A stretch of DNA of 64,000 nt from Scenedesmus sp. PABB004 (lineage: Eukaryota): assembly GCA_014905635.1 (NCBI GenBank), contig CM026547.1, positions 372,001 through 436,000 of the forward strand, in the 5' to 3' direction. Positions 25,011 to 37,093 of this stretch are shown one piece after another; positions within the stretch are counted from its first letter, which is position 1, and every line of letters starts with the position of its first letter. A program made the translations under genes and the position numbers. A model generated the notes under the pieces. The model did no database searches and had not been told where the DNA came from. It worked only from the letters and a program-made list of their open reading frames with translations.

Positions 25011-27207
25011 ATGGCGGCCCGGCTGGGCGGCGCGACCGGCGCCCCCGCCGGCGCCCGCAGCAGGTGCGCGCGCGGGGCCCGCGTTTGATGTGATCGGCTG
25101 CTGCTGCTCCCGCCCGCCGCCCGCCCACGGCACCATTCGGCGCGCAGGTCCGTGGTGGTGCAGGCCTCCGCGTCGCCGGGCGCCTACGTCGGCATCAAGT
25201 CGGCAGGCGCGGCGCGGCGGGCGCGCGCGGCGGCCGGCGGCGGCAGCAGCGGCCGGCGGCGGCGGCAGCGGCCGGCGCGCCGCGCCGACACGGCGCCCGC
25301 CGCGCCGTCCTTCTCCTTACGCCCGCAGGCCAGCTGCAGCAGCTGTCGCGGCAGCAGCGACCAGAGGGCTTTTGGGCGGCGGCGAGCAGGCAGATCAACG
25401 TCCGCGGGTGCGGCGCCGGCGCTCGCCGCCGCCGCCGCGCGCCCCGGCCCGCCGCGCGCCCCGGCCCGCCGTGCAGCGCCGCGCCCGCCGTGCACTCGCC
25501 CTCCCCGCCTCACCCCACTCCCCCGCCCCCCACGCGCCCGCGCGGCGCCGCAGCAAGCGCAGCGGCGCGCCGCGGCGGCGCGTCGCGACGATGATGCCGG
25601 TCAGCACGCCCAAGGTGCTCGTGCGGCCGCAGGGGCAGCGGCAGTACGAGTGGGTCGACCTCTGGGAGTCATACGTGAGCCCGCTGACGCCGCGCCACTG
25701 CGCCGCCGCCGCGCTGCGCGGCCGCCGCTCCCGCCCCTCTCCCCACTCGCACCGCCCCCGACCCCACTCCCACACACCCACACGCACACCGCCCTCTCCA
25801 CTCAATCAACCAACCGCACCAAACCACGCCCGCCCGCCCGTCGCGCATACACAGACGATGAACAAGGTCGTGTTCATCCGCGAGGCGGTGAGCGAGGACG
25901 TGGCCAACAACATGATCGCCCTCACGCTCTACCTCGACTCCCTCGACAAGAAGCGCATCTACTACTGGCTCAACTGCCCCGGCGGCGACGTGAGCCACCC
26001 GCGCCGCCGCCGCACGCCGCGCCGCGCCACGCCGCGCCGCGCCACGCCGCACGCCGCGCCTGAGCGCCTGAGCGTCTGAGCGCCCGAGCGCGGCGCGGCG
26101 GGGGCCCGTGCGCCGCGCACGCGCGCGGCGCGCCGTCGCTGCATGGCGCCGCCCTCATCTCACGCGCCGCCGCCCCGCGCTCCCGCCGCTCGCCCCGCGC
26201 TCCCGCCGCACCTCCTCCGCCCCGCTCCCCCGCCTCCCCGCAGGTCACGCCGACGCTGGCGCTGTACGACACGATGCAGTACGTGCGCTCCCCGACCGCG
26301 ACGGTCGCGTATGGCATGTGCCTCGGCATGGGCGGCTTCCTGCTCACCGCGGGCGGCGAGAAGGCGCGCGCCGCCGCCGCCGCCGCGCCGTGCATTGCCG
26401 CGCCCCGCCGCCGCCGCCTGCTCTCCGCCCTCTCTCTCTCTCCACCCTCTCCCCACCCTCTCTCTCTCTCCAGCATCTTCCTCTCCCGTAATGATCCCAC
26501 CCACCCATCACCCACCCACGCACACCCACACCACACCCACACCCACAAAACCGCAGGGCTACCGCTACAGCATGCCGCACTCCATCCTCATGATGCACCA
26601 CCCGAGCGGCGCGTCGCGCGGGCAGGCGAGCGAGATGCACATCGAGGCGCGCGAGCTCGTGCGCGTGCGCGACTACCTCTCACTCATCGTCAGCGACGCG
26701 ACGGGCCAGCCCTACGACCGGGTGCGGCGCGGCACGCAGCTGCGCCGCGCCGCGCCGCGCGCCCTCGCCAGCTCGCCCCGACCCTCCTCCTCGCCCTCCT
26801 CCTCCTCCTCCTCCTCCTCCTCCTCCTCCTCCTCCTCCTCCTCCTCCTCCTCCTCCGCCACGCCCGCTCACACGCGCGCGCCCGCATGCGCGCCCCGCGC
26901 CCGCTGCCCAGATCATCCGCGAGCTCTCGCGCAACAAGTGGCTCGACCCCAAGGAGGCCGTCGCGTACGGCATGATCGACAAGATCCTCACCACGCCCAT
27001 GCCCAAGCCGCCCGCGATCGGGCCCAAGGCGAGTGCCTTGCCGCGCACGCTGCGCACGCTGCGCCGCCCGCCACGCGCCGCGCCGAGCGCCGCGGCGAGC
27101 GGCGAGCGCCGAGTGCCGAGCGCTGAGGCCCGCGCGCGCCGCGCGCTGCGCAGATCAACTTCTCGCGCGAGGCGGGCAGCGCGATGTCCAGCCAGGACGT
27201 CATCTGA
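25011..27207 (+). CDS. CLPR2: Plastid Clp protease non-catalytic subunit, ClpR2-like
   Basis: MMPVSTPKV..WVDLW, LYLDSLDKKRIYYWLNCPGGD|VTPTLALYDTM, GASRGQASE, RVRDYL, EAVAYGMIDKI. The catalytic Ser position reads CLGMGG, as expected for an inactive ClpR. Confidence 0.9.
26795..26856. repeat. (CCT)~20 microsatellite in a ClpR2 intron
   Basis: Directly visible. Confidence 0.9.
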
Positions 27208-27344
27208 GCCGCCCCGCCCCGGCGAGGCGGGCGGCGGCGCCGGCTGGGGAGGCCCCACAGAGGCAGCGGCCGGCGCGGCTGCGGCGGGCTGCTGCGGGCG
27301 GCAGCAGCTGCTGCAGCTGCAGCGGCGGGTCGCTGGCGGTCGGG

Positions 27345-27349
27345 TGTAA
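27345..27349 (+). terminator. TGTAA poly(A) signal of ClpR2
   Basis: UGUAA about 140 nt after the stop codon. Confidence 0.6.
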
Positions 27350-27604
27350 CATACTCATGGGACGCACGATCATCATGCGGTCCGTGTCACACTCGTTCGA
27401 ATCCCGCGCCCGCCCCAACCCCGCGCACGCGCGCGCTCCCTCAGGCTGCAAGTGCTCCAGTCAAATGAATGCGTGTGCGGGGTCGTCATCAAAACTGCCG
27501 CTGGGGGGCGGCGCGCACCGCCGTCAACATCTCAACGCCCGCCCCTCCCTCCCCCCGCCCTGCGCACCCTCGGGGTCAGGGGTCAGCCCTCGCACAGCAC
27601 GACG

Positions 27605-30600
27605 TCATCCACCGACGCGTCGACGTGCCCCCCGCCGCCCGGTGCAACATCGCCGGCAGCTGCGCACCCGCCGCCGCCGCCGCCGGCGCCGGGGGTCGAG
27701 CAGCGCGGCGCGCAGGAAGGACAGCAGTGCGGCGTACGCCTCGTCGTCGCGAGTGCGCGGCTTGCAGACGTCGATGTGGTCCGCGCGCGGCAGCAGCCGC
27801 ACGTCGCCAAACCCGGGGTCGGCGCTCTCCGCGGGCACGACCTGGAGCTTCGGGATGAACCCCAGGCCCGCCAGGCTGGTGGGGAGGCCCTCGGTGAAGC
27901 TCAGCACCGCGACGCGCCCCGAGGCGTGCAGGGACGCGAGGCGCGCGTTGAGCGCGGACAGGTGCGGCCCCGGGCTGAGGTGGTGCACCGCCGGCGCGGG
28001 CGACGCGCCGGGCAGGTGGCGCAGCTTCCACCCCAGCGCGGCGATCGAGGAGCCAAAGTGGGGCGTCGAGTAGAACGCGGCCGCGCGCGTCGCGCCCGCC
28101 AGCCGGCCGCGGCGGCTCGCGGGCGGCTCGTCGAGCGACTGCGAGAGCATCTCCTGCGCGCGGCGCCGCGGGGACGCGCGTGCGGCGGCGCGCGGCGGGC
28201 GCGGGCGCGCGCGTCGGGGCCGGCCGGCGGCGCGCGCGCGCCGTGGGCGCTGTGCGCCGCGCGCGGTGCTGGCAGACCGGCGGCCGCGTGGCCGGCCGCG
28301 TGAGTGCCGCCGCCGCCGCCGCGCGGCCGCCGCACCTTGACGAGCAGGCCGCCCATGCTGTGCGCGACAAAGACCACGGGGCGCTGCCCCACGCCCGCGG
28401 CGACGAGCTTGTCAAGCAGCAAGCGCCCGCAGTCGGGCAGGCTCAGGCTCTCGCCCTCCCACCCCGTCATCGGCGCCTGGGGCAGGCGGCGGCGGCGGCG
28501 GCGACGTGAGCGCGCGCGTGAGCGAGGCGCGGTGGCAGCGCGGCGGCAGCGCGTGGCGCCGTGGAGTGTGCAGAGGCGCGAGCGCCGCGCGGGGCGGCCT
28601 GCAAGGGGCGAGGGCGCGGGCGCCGCTCACCCGGTACTCCACGCTCAGCAGCCGCGCGCCCGGCAGGTCGGCGGCGAGCCACGCGGCCGCCAGCAGTCGG
28701 CCTGGGTCATGTGCTTGCGGTGCACCGCCGCCGCGGCGCCGGCGACAGCGGCACGCGGCCACGCGGCTTGCCGCCGCCGCCGCGGCGCCGCCGGCGGCGT
28801 CCGCGTGGCCGGCCGTGGGGCCCATCGTGGCGTAGGCGCCGCCGCGGCGCCACGTGACAAACGGCCCGCCGCGAATGCCGTGGATAAACACGACGTCAAA
28901 CTCCGGCGGCGCGGCGGCCTGCTGCGCTGCCTGCTGCGCCGCCTGCTGCGCCGCCTGCGCCCCTGGCTGCTGCGCCCCCGACGGCGGGGCCTCGCGCCCC
29001 GGCGCGGCGCGCAGGAGGCGCAGCGCGTCGAGCGTGCCCAGCGGCGCGGCGGGGTCGCCGCCGCCGCCGCCGCGCGCGCCTGCTCCGCAGCCTGCTCCTC
29101 CTTGATCGCCGCAAACTGCACCAGCTTCTGCGCCAGCCATGCCACCGCCGGCTGCCAGAACCCCAGGTCGGCCGCGTCGCCGCCGCCGTCGCCGCCGTCG
29201 CCGCCGCTCGCGCCGCGGCCGCGCTGCAGCGCGCTCGTGTCGGCGCCGAGCGCGCTCGCGGCGGCGGCGGCGGCCGCCGCGGCTGCTGCGGCCGCCGCCG
29301 CCGCGGCGCCCTCCGGCGCCGCGCTGTCGCCGAGGTCGATGTCAGACTGGGAGAGGTCGGACGCCGCGGCGGCGGCCGCCGCCGTTGCCGCCGCGCCGAG
29401 GCTCTCCAGCAGCGACGCCGGCGGCGGCGCCAGCAGCCCCCAGAGCTGCTCGCTCGTGGGGTTGAGCAGATGGATGCCGTCCGAGTAGTAAACCGCCGGC
29501 CGCCACGCGCCGTCGCCGGGCGCGCCGCTGCCGCTGAAGGGCCACAGCTCCTCCAGGAACCCGGCGAGGTCCTCGGCCGAGTGCAGCTCCGCCGCGATGC
29601 GCCGCCAGCCCGCGGCGCTGCCGGCGCCGCCGCCCGGGGCGTCCGCGTCGCCCGGGGCCGGCGCGCGCGGCGCGGGGCCGGCGCCGCCGCGCGGCGGCTG
29701 GCGCTGCTGGGTGCGCGGCCGCGGCCTCGAGGTGCAGCAGCGCGGCCGTGGCGTACGAGGAGAGGAGGCAGTCGTCGCTCGCCGCCGCGACGAGCAGCCA
29801 CTGCAGCCACGCGCCGCTGCTGGCGCCGCCGCCGCCCGCGGCCAGGCCGCGCAGCAGCGCGGCGGCGGCGGCGCCGCTGCCGTGCTCGGCGCCGTCGCCA
29901 GCGGCGCCCAGCAGCGGCGCGAGCACCGCGGCCGCGCCGCCGGGCTGCCGCGCCGCCGCGTCGCCGACCTGGCGCGCCGCGTCGGCGTGCGTGACCAGCA
30001 GGCTCAGCAGCCGCGCGACCTGGCGCTGGAGGCAGAGGAAGGTCTGCCCCTCGCCGTCCGTCCAGCTGGGCACCTCCTCTGCCGCGGCCGTGATCGCGGT
30101 CGCTGCGTCGGCCGCGGCTGCGCGGCCGGCGCCGCCGTCGCCCGCGTCGGACAGGTCCCAGCCCGCCGCGCCCTGGGCAAACTCCATGAGCAGCGCGGGC
30201 GGGATGTACGCCGGCGGCGCGCGCGCGGCGGCGGGCGCCGGCGCCGGCGCCGGCGCCGGCGCCGCCGGAGTCGGCAGGCTGCTGCTGCTCTGGCGCCTCG
30301 CGCCCTGCTGGCACCTCGGGCCCCGCCGGCGGCGCCGCCGCCGCCGTCGCTGCGGCGCCGCCGCCGCCGCGCGCGCTCAGCGCCGAGGCCTTGAACTTGG
30401 ACGCAACCGCGCCCGCCACCCACGCGCCGGCGGAGGCCGCCGCGGCCGCGGCGGTATCGCTGGCGGCCAGCGCGCCGCCCGGGCTGCGGGCGCCGGCGGG
30501 GCCCCGCCAAAGGTCATCGTCGTCCAGCTCGTGGCCGAAGGCGCACTCGAGCTGCCGGGCGCCGCCGCCCGCCGGCGCGCGCCGGCCTGGTCGCGCCCGC

Positions 30601-33543
30601 GCGCCCGCGTCGCCGCCGGCGTCGCACGCCCGCGCCGGGCCCGCGCCGTGCGCCTCCGCCGCGAGCGCCGCGCCCGCGCCGGCGGGCCGCCCCTGCAGCG
30701 CGCCCGGCGCGGACGCCGGCGCGGGCGCCCCCGCGCCGCCGCCGCCGCCGTCCGTCACGGCGGCGGCGCCGCTGCCGCCCCAGGCCCAGCTCCAGAAGCC
30801 GCGCCGGGCGCCGGCGCCCGCGGCGCCGCCGTCGTCGCCGCCGCCGCCGCCGCGCTCGCTGCCGGGCGCGCTGTAGCGCTCGACGAACGCTGCGGGCTCC
30901 AGCCCCGCGTCGGCGTGCAGCACCAGGCGCTGCATGAGCGGCAGAATGCCTGCCGCCAGCAGCCAGGCTTGCTTGGCCGGGTCCTCGGCCACGACAGAGG
31001 CGAGCAGCTGCGCGCGCGGCGGGCGCGGGGCACGGGCGCACAGGTGCAGGCGGCGGCGTGAGCGGGCGGCGCGCGCTGCGACAGGTGGCGACGGTGGCGG
31101 GTGACCGGGCGCGCGCGCATGGCGGCGGGGCAGCGCAGCGCGGCGCACCTCCATGACGTGGTTTGTGCGCTGCTGCGCGACGGCGTAGTCGAGCGCGCGC
31201 GCGGCGGCGGGGTACGCCTCGACCACGGCCGGCGCAAACATGCCCGGCACGAGGTCACTCGGCAGGGCGAGCGTCTGTGACGCCGCCTGCCACGCGCCGA
31301 GCATCGCGGCCGCCGCGGCGCGCAGGTCCTCGGCCGCCGCGCGCGCGTCGCCGGGCGTGACGGGCGCGGCGTCGCGCCACGCGGCCTCGCGCGCCGCCTC
31401 GAGCTGCCGCCACATCTCCTCGACCTGCACGCTGCCCGCGGCGTCGGCAGGCGCGGCGGCCTTGGGCCCGCCCCACCACCACCACCGGCCCCACCAGCTG
31501 CCCCCGGCGGCGGCGTCCGCGGCGTCCGACGGCTGCGCCGGGCCGCCGGGGCCCGCCGGGCCGGCGCCGCCGGGCGAGGCCTCGGGCCCTGCCGCTGCGG
31601 CGGCGCCGCCCAACGCCGGCGGCGTGAGCGACGTGATGCTCGTGTAGGCTGCCACGCGGCCCGACAGCTGCAACAGCAGCCGCGACAGCCAGAGCTGCGC
31701 GACCGACAGGCCCGTGGGCCCGGGCTGCTGCGACAGCGCTGCGCCGCGGTCGCGCGCGCGCGCGCGCGGCGCGGCGGCAGCGTCAGCTTCCGCGCGCAGC
31801 GAGGGCGTCGACCCGCGCCGCGACCGCAGGCCAGCGAGCGGTCGCAGCCCCGCGCACCCCCGCACCTCGCAGCGCGGCCACGCACGAGCGCGCCAGCGCG
31901 GCGTCGGCGGGGTCGAGCTGGCCGCTGCCGCCCGCGTCCGCCTCGCCGCCGCCGGCGCCGCCCCACCAGCCGCCCAGGAGCCAGCCGGCCGTGCCGCCGC
32001 GGCGGCGTCGCCGCCCTTCTTCAGGGCGCCGGCGGTGCTGGCAATGAGCCAGCCAAGCAGCAGGTCCCGCCAGCGCGCGCGCGCCTCCTCCGACTCGACC
32101 TGCCCCGCCGCCACAAACGCCGCGAGCGCCGCCGCCGCGCGGGCCTTGATCGCGGGGTCGGGCGACAGCGCCAGGCAGTCCAGCGTCGGCAGCAGGTGCA
32201 GGCCACGAAGGGCGGCCTGCGCGCGGCACGGCGGTCGGCGGTCGGCGCGGGCGTGGCTGCGGCGGCTGCGGCGGGCGCGGTCCGCGTGGGGCGGGGTGGG
32301 CCCGCGCGCGCACGCGCGCGCACGCACCCGAGCCTGCGGCCCGCCGGCGGCCACCGCCGCCGCAAGCGTCGTCATCGCCACGTCGGCGACCGCCAGGTCG
32401 GCGGCGCCCGCGGCGAGGCCGAGCACGCCGCCGCCGCCGGCGTGCTCGCCGGTCGCGCTGCCCACGCCCGCCGCGTCGGCGGCGGTGGTGTAGGGGCTCG
32501 GCCCCGCGCCGCTCGCCGCCGCGGCCGCGGCCGCCGCCGCGCCGTCGGCCGCCATGAAGAGCAGCGGCTGCATCCACGCGGCGAGCTCCGCGTCGGGCGT
32601 GTGCGGCACGAGCAGGCGCTGCAGGCGGCACACCGCGGCCTGGAGCTCCCGCCCCGCCTCGCCCTGCGCGACGGCGTCCATTGCGAGGCGCGCCAGCGCG
32701 GGCGCGAGCCCGAGGCCCGCCAGGCGCGCGGCCTGCGCCGGCCCCGCCGCCGCCCAGGCGGACAGGAACTGCAGGGCCAGGCCCTGCACCTGCGGCCCCT
32801 GCCGCCCGCCGAGCATGGCCACGAGCGCGCGCGCGTCGCCGTCCTGCGCGGGCCCCGCCGACAGGTCGGCGCCGCCGTGCGCCGCCGCGGCCGCGAGCGC
32901 GCCGCCGAGCGCGTCGGACGCCTTGCCACTGCCCGCGTGCGCGAGCAGGCGCGGCACCGCGCCGGGGCGCGCGAGCAGGCGCGTCGCGGTGTGGTGGCCG
33001 CCCAGGAAGTTGACGAGCGCCTGCTCGGCGTGCGCCTGCTCGGGGCAGGGGTCCTGCGTGGCCGAGCTGAGCAGGAAGTCGAGCAGGCGGTCGCTCCCCA
33101 GCGCGACGAGCGCCTCGCGCGCCTCCGGGTCCTCCGCCCACTGCGCGAGCCAGCGCGCCGACGCCGCGCGCGCGCGCGACAGCGCCGCCGCGCCGAGCGG
33201 CGCGCCGTCGGCGGCCGCCGGCCACGCGCGCGCCAGCAGCGCGCCCAGCTCCGACGCCTGCGCGGGGCGGGGGGCGCGGCGGCGCGGCGGGCGTCGGCGC
33301 TTGGGTGGTGGTGGCCACCCCGGCGCCAGGGGCGGCGAGGCACGCGGGGCCACGCCGCGCGCATGTGCACGCCGCGCGCCGCGCCTGCTGCTCGTCGCCC
33401 GCCGGCGCGCTCACGGCCACCGCCGCCGTGGTTGCCGCCACGCCAGCGACGCCCGCCACGCCCCAGAGCCACCGGCGCTGCTGCCGGGGCGCGGCGGTGC
33501 GCAGCGCGCTGCTGGTCGCGAAACGCCAACCCCAACCCAGCAT
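27605..33543 (-). CDS. SERAC1-like protein: N-terminal targeting/TM segment, ARM-like helical region and C-terminal alpha/beta-hydrolase; apparent frameshift near 28690
   Basis: DVVFIHGIRGGPFVTWR, WLAADLPGARLLSVEY, GVGQRPVVFVAHSMGGLLVK, FYSTPHFGS, VVPAESADPGFGD, DHIDVCKP. Confidence 0.85.
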
Positions 33544-33887
33544 CTCTCCTCGCCGCTCGCACAGCCGCGCTGGCGCCGGCCGGCCGGCCGGTCAGAGCCC
33601 CGCGGGTTGCGGTGCTCTCGACTGAGCCCGCCCCATCGCCGTCTCTCGACGACGCGCTGCGCGTCCGCGCTGGCACCTGGTGCGTGGGTCTGCGCGCGCA
33701 CGGATTCCTCGCGATGTCAGGCGCGCTGTGCGCCCAAGTTCGCGCTGCCTGAGCACAGGAGGGCCGGCGCGGCTTTCGGCGCTGCGCAGCAAAACGACGA
33801 CGCCCCGCGCGGCAACCGCCGCTGCGCCGCCGCCGCCGGCACCTCCAGCTCCCAGCTGCAGATTCGGCGGCAGATTCGCCAGCCGCC

Positions 33888-35380
33888 ATGGAGCCGCCGG
33901 ACCGGCCGCGGCAGGTGCTGCTGGTCAAGCGCCGCGCCCTCGTCGGCGGCGACGCGTGCTTCGCGGGCGGCGTGCACCTCTGGGCCTGCCTGGCGTCCAC
34001 CCTGGCGGCGCGCGGCGGCGGCGCCGTCACGGCGCTCTCGGCGGCGCCACGCGCGCTGCTCCTGGCGCACGCCGCTGCCGGTCTGGCGCCGCTGCACGCC
34101 CTGCGCCCCGTGCCAGGCCCGCCGGAGCGCGTGGCGTGGCGCGACGGCGACGGCGTGCGGCACTGCGTCGTGCTGGAGCCGGAGCCCGGCGCCGAAGGCG
34201 ACGCCGGCGGCGACGCGGAGGCGGCACTGCTGGCGGCCGCGGCGGCAGAGGCGGCGGCGGCGTGCGCCGCGGGGCCCTGCACTGTGCTGCTGGACGCCGA
34301 TGCGCTGCAGCACGAGGTCGTGGACGGCGAGCCGTTCCTGGCGGCACTGGCGCAGCGCCTGGAGTCCCTGGCGGCGACGCAAGAGCAGGCGCAGCAGGCG
34401 CAGCAGGAGCGGCAGGGCGGCGCGGCGCTCGTGGTGGTCGTGCAGAACGTGCACCACCTGCCGTTTGGGCCGTGCGGCACGGCGCCGCGCTGCCCGCGCG
34501 TGCTGGACGCCTGGCGGCGTGTAGCGGGCGTCCTGTGCGTGAGCCGCTTCGTCGCGGGCTACGTCGCCGCGCACGCGCTGCCGCTGCTGCCCGGCCTCCG
34601 GGACCCCGGCCGCGTGCTCGTCGTCCACCCCGCGGCGCTCGGCGCCCTCGGGCGGGGGCCGTTCGCCGACCTCGGCGCGGCGGCGGCAGCGCGGCTGTGG
34701 GGCGGGGCGGGCGCGCGCACGCGGTGCCGCCCGGTCGTCGGCGCGCTCAAGCTGACGCGCGAGAAGGGCGCGGAGCTGTTCGTCGCCCTCGCGCGGCGCC
34801 TCCCCGAGTGCGACTTCCTCGCGGTCACCGCCGACGCGGCGCTCGCGGCGGCGCTGCGCGACCGGGGCCGCCCAACCTCGCGTTCGCGGCGCCCGCGGCG
34901 GACGTGGGCGACGCGGCGGCGCGCATGGACCTGGTCCTCGTCCCGAGCGTGCTGCGCGAGGCGTTTGGGCTCGTCGCCGCCGACGCGGCGCTGCGGGGGC
35001 TGCCCGTGCTCGTAGCCGACGCCGGCGCGCTGCCCGAGGCGGCCGCCGGCGGCGCGGCGGTGCTGCCGGTCGGCCTCGTGACATTCCCGCCGTCGGCGGC
35101 TGGCGCCCAGGCGGGGGCGGAGGAGGCGGCGGCGGCGACGGCCGACCACGCCGCCTGGGCGGCGGGCCGGCGGCACTGGCGCGACCGCGCGTTTGCGCCC
35201 GTGCGCGAGCACGAGGTCGCCGCGTGGGCGGCCGCGGTCGAGCGCGTGCTGTCGAGCAGGGAGGCCTACGAGGCGGCCGCGCGCGAGGCGCGCGAGGCGG
35301 CGGCGGCCGCGATGGCACCGGGCGAGCGCGAGCGCGGCGTGCGCGAGCTCGCCGCGTGGCTGGGCGCCCTCGCGACGTGA
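33888..35380 (+). CDS. Intronless GT4-family (GT-B) glycosyltransferase, with a 1-nt frameshift at GGGG 34864..34867
   Basis: VQNVHHLPFGP, VLCVSRFVAGYV, EKGAELFVALARRLP; then in the shifted frame DLVLVPSVLREAFGLVAADAALRGLPVLVADAGALPEA (E-x7-D GT4 motif). Confidence 0.85.
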
Positions 35381-35548
35381 CGGCGGCGCCGCGCGGTTCA
35401 GGGCACACGCAGCGTCGGAGTCACCTGGAGCTGCGCCACCGCTGAGGCACTCCCTCAGGCACTCCCTCCTGCCTCCCCTCAGGCCGGCGGCCGCGCGCGC
35501 GGCCGGCCGGCCGGCAGCAGCGGCAGCTCGCGCCGCGGACGCCGCGCG

Positions 35549-36678
35549 ATGCCGCCCGCGGCGGCGCTGCTGGCGGGCCTGATGGCGCTCCAGGTCGTGG
35601 CGCTGGTGCTGCGGGCGGCGTACCTGCTGGCCCGCCCGCGCCCGCGGCCGCCCGGCTCGGCGCCGGTGAAGACGATGATTGTGCTGGGCTCCGGTGCGGC
35701 GCCGCCGGCCCCCCGCGGGCGCGCGTGCGCGGGCAGCGGGCCCTGATCGGCGTCGCTGCTCCCGTCGCGTTTGCAGGCGGGCACACCGCGGAGATGCTCA
35801 TGCTGGTGGAGGGGCTCGACAAGGCGTTTTACGCGCCGCGCGTCTACGTGGCGGCAGCGACGGACGCCATGAGCGCCAGCCGGGTGCTGTCCAGGGAGGC
35901 GGCCTGGGCGGGCACAGAGGTGCGGCGCCAGCACCGGCGGCGACGGCGGCACCGGCAGCGGCGCGCGGCGCGCGCGGCGAGCAGCGGCGGCAGCGCGCAA
36001 CCGCCAGCGCAACCGCCCGGAGGCCCGCCGCCCACTCGGCGCCGGTGCGCCGCGGGCGCAGGCGCCGCCAGCGTGCGTGTCCGTGGAGGTCATCCCGCGC
36101 AGCCGCGAGGTCGGGCAGTCGTACGTCACGTCCGTGGCGACCACGCTCCACTCGCTGCTCCGCGCCGCCGCGATGGTGCTGCGCCAGCGGCCGGGCCTGG
36201 TGCGCGCGCGCCGCCGCCGCCGCGGCAGCCGCCGCAGCAGCAGCAGCCGCCGCAGCAGCCGAGCGGGCGGGTGCCGCACGCGGCGGGCGTGGGCCGGCCT
36301 GCCTTCAGCGCGCTCACCGCCGCTGCGCCGGCGGCCGCCGCAGGTGCTGGTCAACGGCCCGGGCACGTGCATACCGGTGTGCGCCGCCGCGTTTGCCAAC
36401 CGGTGCGGCCGGCGCTGCCGGGGGGCGTGTGCACTGTCGCCCGCGTGCCGTGAAGGCGCCCGCACGCGCCCTCACGCGCCCGGCGCCCGCCGCGCCGCAG
36501 GCTGCTGGGCCTCGCCGACTGCCGCATCATTTACGTGGAGAGCATCGCGCGCGTGCGCAAGCTCTCGCTCTCGGGGCGCCTGCTGCACGGGAGCCGCCTC
36601 GCGGACGCGTTCTTCGTGCAGTGGCCCGAGCTGGCGGCGCGGCTGCGGCGCGCGCGCTACGCGGGCCGGCTCTACTGA
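35549..36678 (+). CDS. ALG14: UDP-GlcNAc transferase subunit ALG14 (5 exons)
   Basis: N-terminal TM, MIVLGSG|GHTAEM, IPRSREVGQSYVTSV, VLVNGPGTCIPVC, IIYVESIARVRKLSLSG, FFVQWPEL, YAGRL. Confidence 0.96.
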
Positions 36679-37093
36679 CGCCCGGCTGAGTCCACAGGGT
36701 TGGGGCGCTTGGGGGCGCTGTGACGCCGCACCTCGCGACGAGCCTTGACGCCCGCGCGGGCAGCCGAGCGGCCGGCGACGGTTGCGCCGCGGCGGCGCCG
36801 CCCGCAGCAGCTCGCGCAGCCCACCGCGAGCCTTCCCTCACACAGGCAACGCACGTCCAGCCAAGCCAGCGCTCAGCAGCACAGGCCTCGACCGACTGCT
36901 GCCAGGCTCGCCGGCCCTCCCTGTACGTCGAGCCGCTGGCTTGGCCGCGCCGCCCTCGCGTAGCCCGACGAGAGCGCCAGTGCGTGCGAAGCGCGGCAGA
37001 GCTTGGCGCAGCGTGGAGACGGAAAATTCGACGATTGTTGTGCTGCGGGCTATCTGGCCCCGGCAGCGAGATCTGTGCGCGCCAGGCCTCCCC

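Noticed and set aside
25011..27207. Loss of the catalytic Ser in the Clp subunit as a novelty
   Set aside because: This is the expected, well-known property of plastid ClpR subunits.
27395..27405. GTTCGAATCCC, a tRNA T-loop / Pol III B-box-like motif
   Set aside because: The flanks cannot form a T-stem, and no D-arm or acceptor stem is visible; not a tRNA.
28896..33353. 1485-aa ORF and the many other long overlapping Arg/Ala/Pro-rich ORFs
   Set aside because: Stop codons are rare at this GC content. These frames read through introns or are antisense shadows of real spliced genes.
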